NCBI RefSeq assembly: GCF_016433145.1
Contig: NC_058133.1
Span: 53,372,120 to 53,436,119 of the forward strand
Reading direction: 5' to 3'
DNA length: 64,000 nucleotides
DNA from: Gracilinanus agilis
Lineage: Eukaryota
The notes under the pieces were generated by a model. That model did not search any database. It was not told the DNA's origin and saw only the letters and a program-made list of their open reading frames with translations. Shown here one piece after another: positions 60,720 through 64,000 of the stretch; positions within the stretch are counted from its first letter, which is position 1; every line of letters begins with the position of its first letter. The position numbers were made by a program, and so were the translations under genes.

Positions 60720-62330
60720 GTTTGTTTTAAGTGGATAAGGGAAGAAGGTGCTGTTGAAGTTTTGAGGGTAGAGGAAGCTAGGTGGCTCAGTGGATAGAGC
60801 CCTGAACTGAAAATGACTAAATAACAACATTATTATTATTATTCTTTTGGAGAGCTGTGAAAAGTGTTGTAATAGCCACTATGAAAAGTAGACTAGCAGT
60901 TCAATTGGGGATATGTAAAAAGACTGAGCAGTGAGGAATCAGTTGATTCCTTTGGATCCTGCAGTGGATCCAATTCACATAATTTTTCCAACATCATTCA
61001 TTAATATATAGATTGGAGCAAAGGAAGCAGGAGGCAGGAGTCCAGGAGTCCTTTGGCAAGGCAAGGCATGATGGATGATAGGACAGTGGGGCGAGGATTT
61101 GGATGAAGAAAAAAGAATAGAGGTGAACTGATTCACCAAGGAATCAAGATAGAAAAGGAAGGAGAGTGCAGCCAGAGCAAGGGTGATTGATGCCTTAGGA
61201 AAAAAAACTGAGGGATGGAGGCATCATGGTGACAATGAAGAACAGAATAAGAGACTTTCAAGCAACAGGAAAGATAGGATGATAAAAGATTATGATTGGA
61301 TAAAGGAATTTAAAACATAGAAGTGAAATATTTGTGGGTGATGGCATGGTCAAGAGTGTGAAGTCATGGGGGAAAAGCAAATCAAAGAAATGAAGATTAG
61401 AAGGTTTGAGGGAGTATCTATCTATTGATATAAATACAAGTTGAAGTCCCCTAGTAAGTAGGCAGGAATTAATAGAAAAATGGTGAACCAGATATTAAAG
61501 TCATGGAAAAAGGAAGAATAATGCTCTGGAAATCAATAGAAAGCAGTTTCCAGAATATTGATTGAGTGGTAAATATAAATTAAGTGGAGAAAATGAGAAG
61601 TCAAATTACTAGAACCAAGAGAACATTGAATACAGGCATAGATTTAATATTTGAAGAATAACCTGTGAACATTCACCTCCAAAGAATGAACTAAGAGATG
61701 GAAACACAAAAGACATAATCAGTATATACATAAACTGTTTGCTTGGTGATGCCTTCTGTGGTGTGGGAAGGGGCTGAAAAACTGGGAAATAAATTCTATT
61801 AATAAACATTTTCTAAAAAAAGAATTAAATGAATCTCAAAGAAAAAGAGGCTACTAAATGATGGTGGTTGGATCTGGAAGTGGCATGAGAAACAAGAAAT
61901 ATTCTTACTCCCTCACCACAATCAGAAGTCAGAAGGATCAGTGAAAATTCAACAGGTACTAAAATGGCCAGGAATTCTGCATCATCGAAATGGAGCCATA
62001 TATCAATGTGTGTAAGAAGATATGAGGAAAGAGAAAGGAAAAGCTTTAAAAAGATTGGAAGTTTATAAACTATGGAGCAATTAATCCAGAGAGTTGCTCT
62101 TTCAGTGAGTAGCTTAAAAATTGGACATTGGGGGAAGGAAAGAGGAATGAGAGGAAGGGAGTAGGCAGTGGGAAGAGTATTTTTATAATGCCAACCAGAG
62201 GTTCCGAAACACTGGGCTGGGGAAAATGAGACCAGGTATAACCAGCCATTGAGGAATGAGTTGAGGCAGATTATGAATGATAGGAAGAAGTCCAGTAAAG
62301 AAGCAGGTGATGAGACCTTCTTTCAATGTC
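60720..62330 (-). mobile_element. L2 internal remnant with nested plus-strand L1 3' end (61640-61820)
   Basis: Purine-rich reverse L2 ORF2; L1 tail with G-rich tract and A-tail. Confidence 0.6.
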
Positions 62331-62370
62331 CAACCTTGCAGCAGATTATTACGTTGATTCCTTTCCCTCT

Positions 62371-62441
<71 letters not shown>
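62371..62441. repeat. (CTA)23 trinucleotide microsatellite
   Basis: Perfect run read directly. Confidence 0.97.
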
Positions 62442-62442
<1 letters not shown>

Positions 62443-63119
62443 GGTTTAATAAAGTTATTAAGCTGCTACCAGCCTCACAATTTTAGTTATTACAATGGCA
62501 TGGGGAGTTCAGACAAGGATCAGGATCTGGCAATCTGAGCTGGGCATGATTCAGGAAGAGAGGAGAGAAGGGTTAGATCTTGAGTTAACACAGCACCCCC
62601 TAGGAATTCCATGGAGACTACAAATGGGCAGATGTTTTCTGTGGGCTGAGCACAGGGTCAGACACGAAGGGCAAAGAGTAGTGATGGCGGGGCCCGAAGT
62701 GAGAGCTGGCACAAGACTCTTGCTCAGTCTAAGTGGGACTTCCCTTGCCCATTGCTAGGTCCATAGGAGACAGTGAATCGGGACTACCTTCTGCCCCTGG
62801 ACCCAAAGGCTTCTTGGAGGAACTTGCAGAGCATCGTTAAAATTAAGCAAATTTCGAGTAATAGAAAAACCACAGGAGGTAGCACAGACAGACAATAGGA
62901 CTTATGTCCTTCTTCATACCACCGAAGACAGGTAGGATAGAATATTAATTATGCTGCTTGGTGTGGGGATTTTATGGATGTTTTTGTCTAATTGTTCTTT
63001 GTCACAAGGGAGGCTCTACTCTGAGAGTGAGAATGGGGGTGGGGGAAAGAAAAGTGCGTTGCTTGGTTTTTTTTTTTTTACTCGTTTTTCAGAAATATGT
63101 AGGAGGAAAGACAATAAAG

Positions 63120-63315
63120 AATTTTTTTCTTTTTTTAACCCTTATCTTCCGTGTTAGACTTGATTCTAAGGCAGAAGAGAAGTAAGAGTTAGTTATTGGG
63201 GTGTTAAGTGGCTTTCCCTGGGTCACACAGCTAGGCAATGTCTGAAACCAGATTGGAACCCACAACCACCCATCTCTAGACCTGGCTCTCCATTCACTGA
63301 GGCAGCTACCTGCCT
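63120..63315 (-). mobile_element. SINE1-type element
   Basis: tttaacccttatcttccgtgttagac...ctggctctccattcactgaggcagct. Confidence 0.85.
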
Positions 63316-63449
63316 CCATACAGCATATTTTTAAAATCATATTACAACAAAAAAAAAGAGAAATTTGAGATTTCCATTCTAAATATGGCACCAAGAAATA
63401 TATCTGAATTATAATCTGTCTCTGTTAGGACAAGAAAATGAGATGAATA

Positions 63450-63640
63450 TACTGATTTAGATCTGGAATGACCCTTAGAGGTCACTGAGTCCAGCCTCTT
63501 CATTTTACAGGAGAAGAAGCTAAGGCAGTGAGAGATTAGCTTGCTTAAAATCATCAGAGCATCTGACACACCATTTGAACCCAGGTCTTCCTAACATGGA
63601 ACCCAGTGTTCTGTTTACTGTGCCACATTGAATCAAATCT
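63450..63640 (-). mobile_element. MIR3-like SINE
   Basis: acccttagaggtcactgagtccagcctcttcattttacagg...tttgaacccaggtcttcc. Confidence 0.8.
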
Positions 63641-64000
63641 AAGTTTTCTCCCCTGTAAAATGAGGGGGAGTGGCATAATGTAAAAATCTTCTAAAACTAT
63701 TTTAAAAGGTTGAAGGGCAAAAACTTTATAATATTGAACTAGTATTCTAAGTCAAAAGTTTCTACATTTTTCATAGCACATACACAATCAACTCAGCAGG
63801 ACTACATAATATTACTTTGGCAGCTAAATTATATCATTGATTGGTATAATAAAAATGCAATAGGGAAGCAAGAACGTGACATAAAGAATTCTTATTAATA
63901 TACAAAGAAGTCAGATTTGTCCAAATAAATACAAACATATGCATATATATGTATGCACAAAAAGTAAAAATTGAAAGTTGAACTAATGCCTAAATTAGTT

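Noticed and set aside
62249-62538. Poly-Y and poly-L ORFs
   Set aside because: Translation of (CTA)n.
593-63640. tRNA-like heads as tRNA genes
   Set aside because: All continue into SINE cores and tails; they are SINE-derived.
1-64000. CRISPR array, rRNA, operon, prophage, Rsx-type tandem repeat exon or numt
   Set aside because: No repeat-spacer array, no rRNA or mitochondrial-like sequence, no long 12-mer tandem array seen; DNA is mammalian and repeat-rich.

Overview
AT-rich, strongly CpG-depleted mammalian DNA with one 466-N assembly gap (19131-19596). The repeat content (SINE1_Mdo-type and MAR1 SINEs, MIR/MIR3, L2, L3/CR1, RTE, L1_Mdo-type LINE-1, hAT and mariner MITEs) points to a marsupial, most likely a didelphid opossum; this is inferred from remembered consensus sequences, not a database search. 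The window looks intronic or intergenic. The only ORF-track entries I can assign to known proteins are LINE-1 ORF2 fragments at 38.4-40.5 kb; the others are microsatellite translations, sit inside repeats, or resemble nothing I recognise. No host gene, RNA gene or CRISPR array could be identified. Best-supported unusual structures: a TSD-bounded 5'-inverted (twin-primed) L1 lacking its RT domain and carrying a perfect 46-bp AT palindrome; a young hAT MITE with perfect 8-bp TSD and a consensus CTCF core; a near-identical 119-bp local duplication of old repeat DNA; and an inverted pair of LTR-like copies. Several phase-compatible candidate exons and a motif cluster at 3.6-4.2 kb are speculative. 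I found no evidence for a wholly new biological system. Boundaries of old repeats are approximate (tens of bp).
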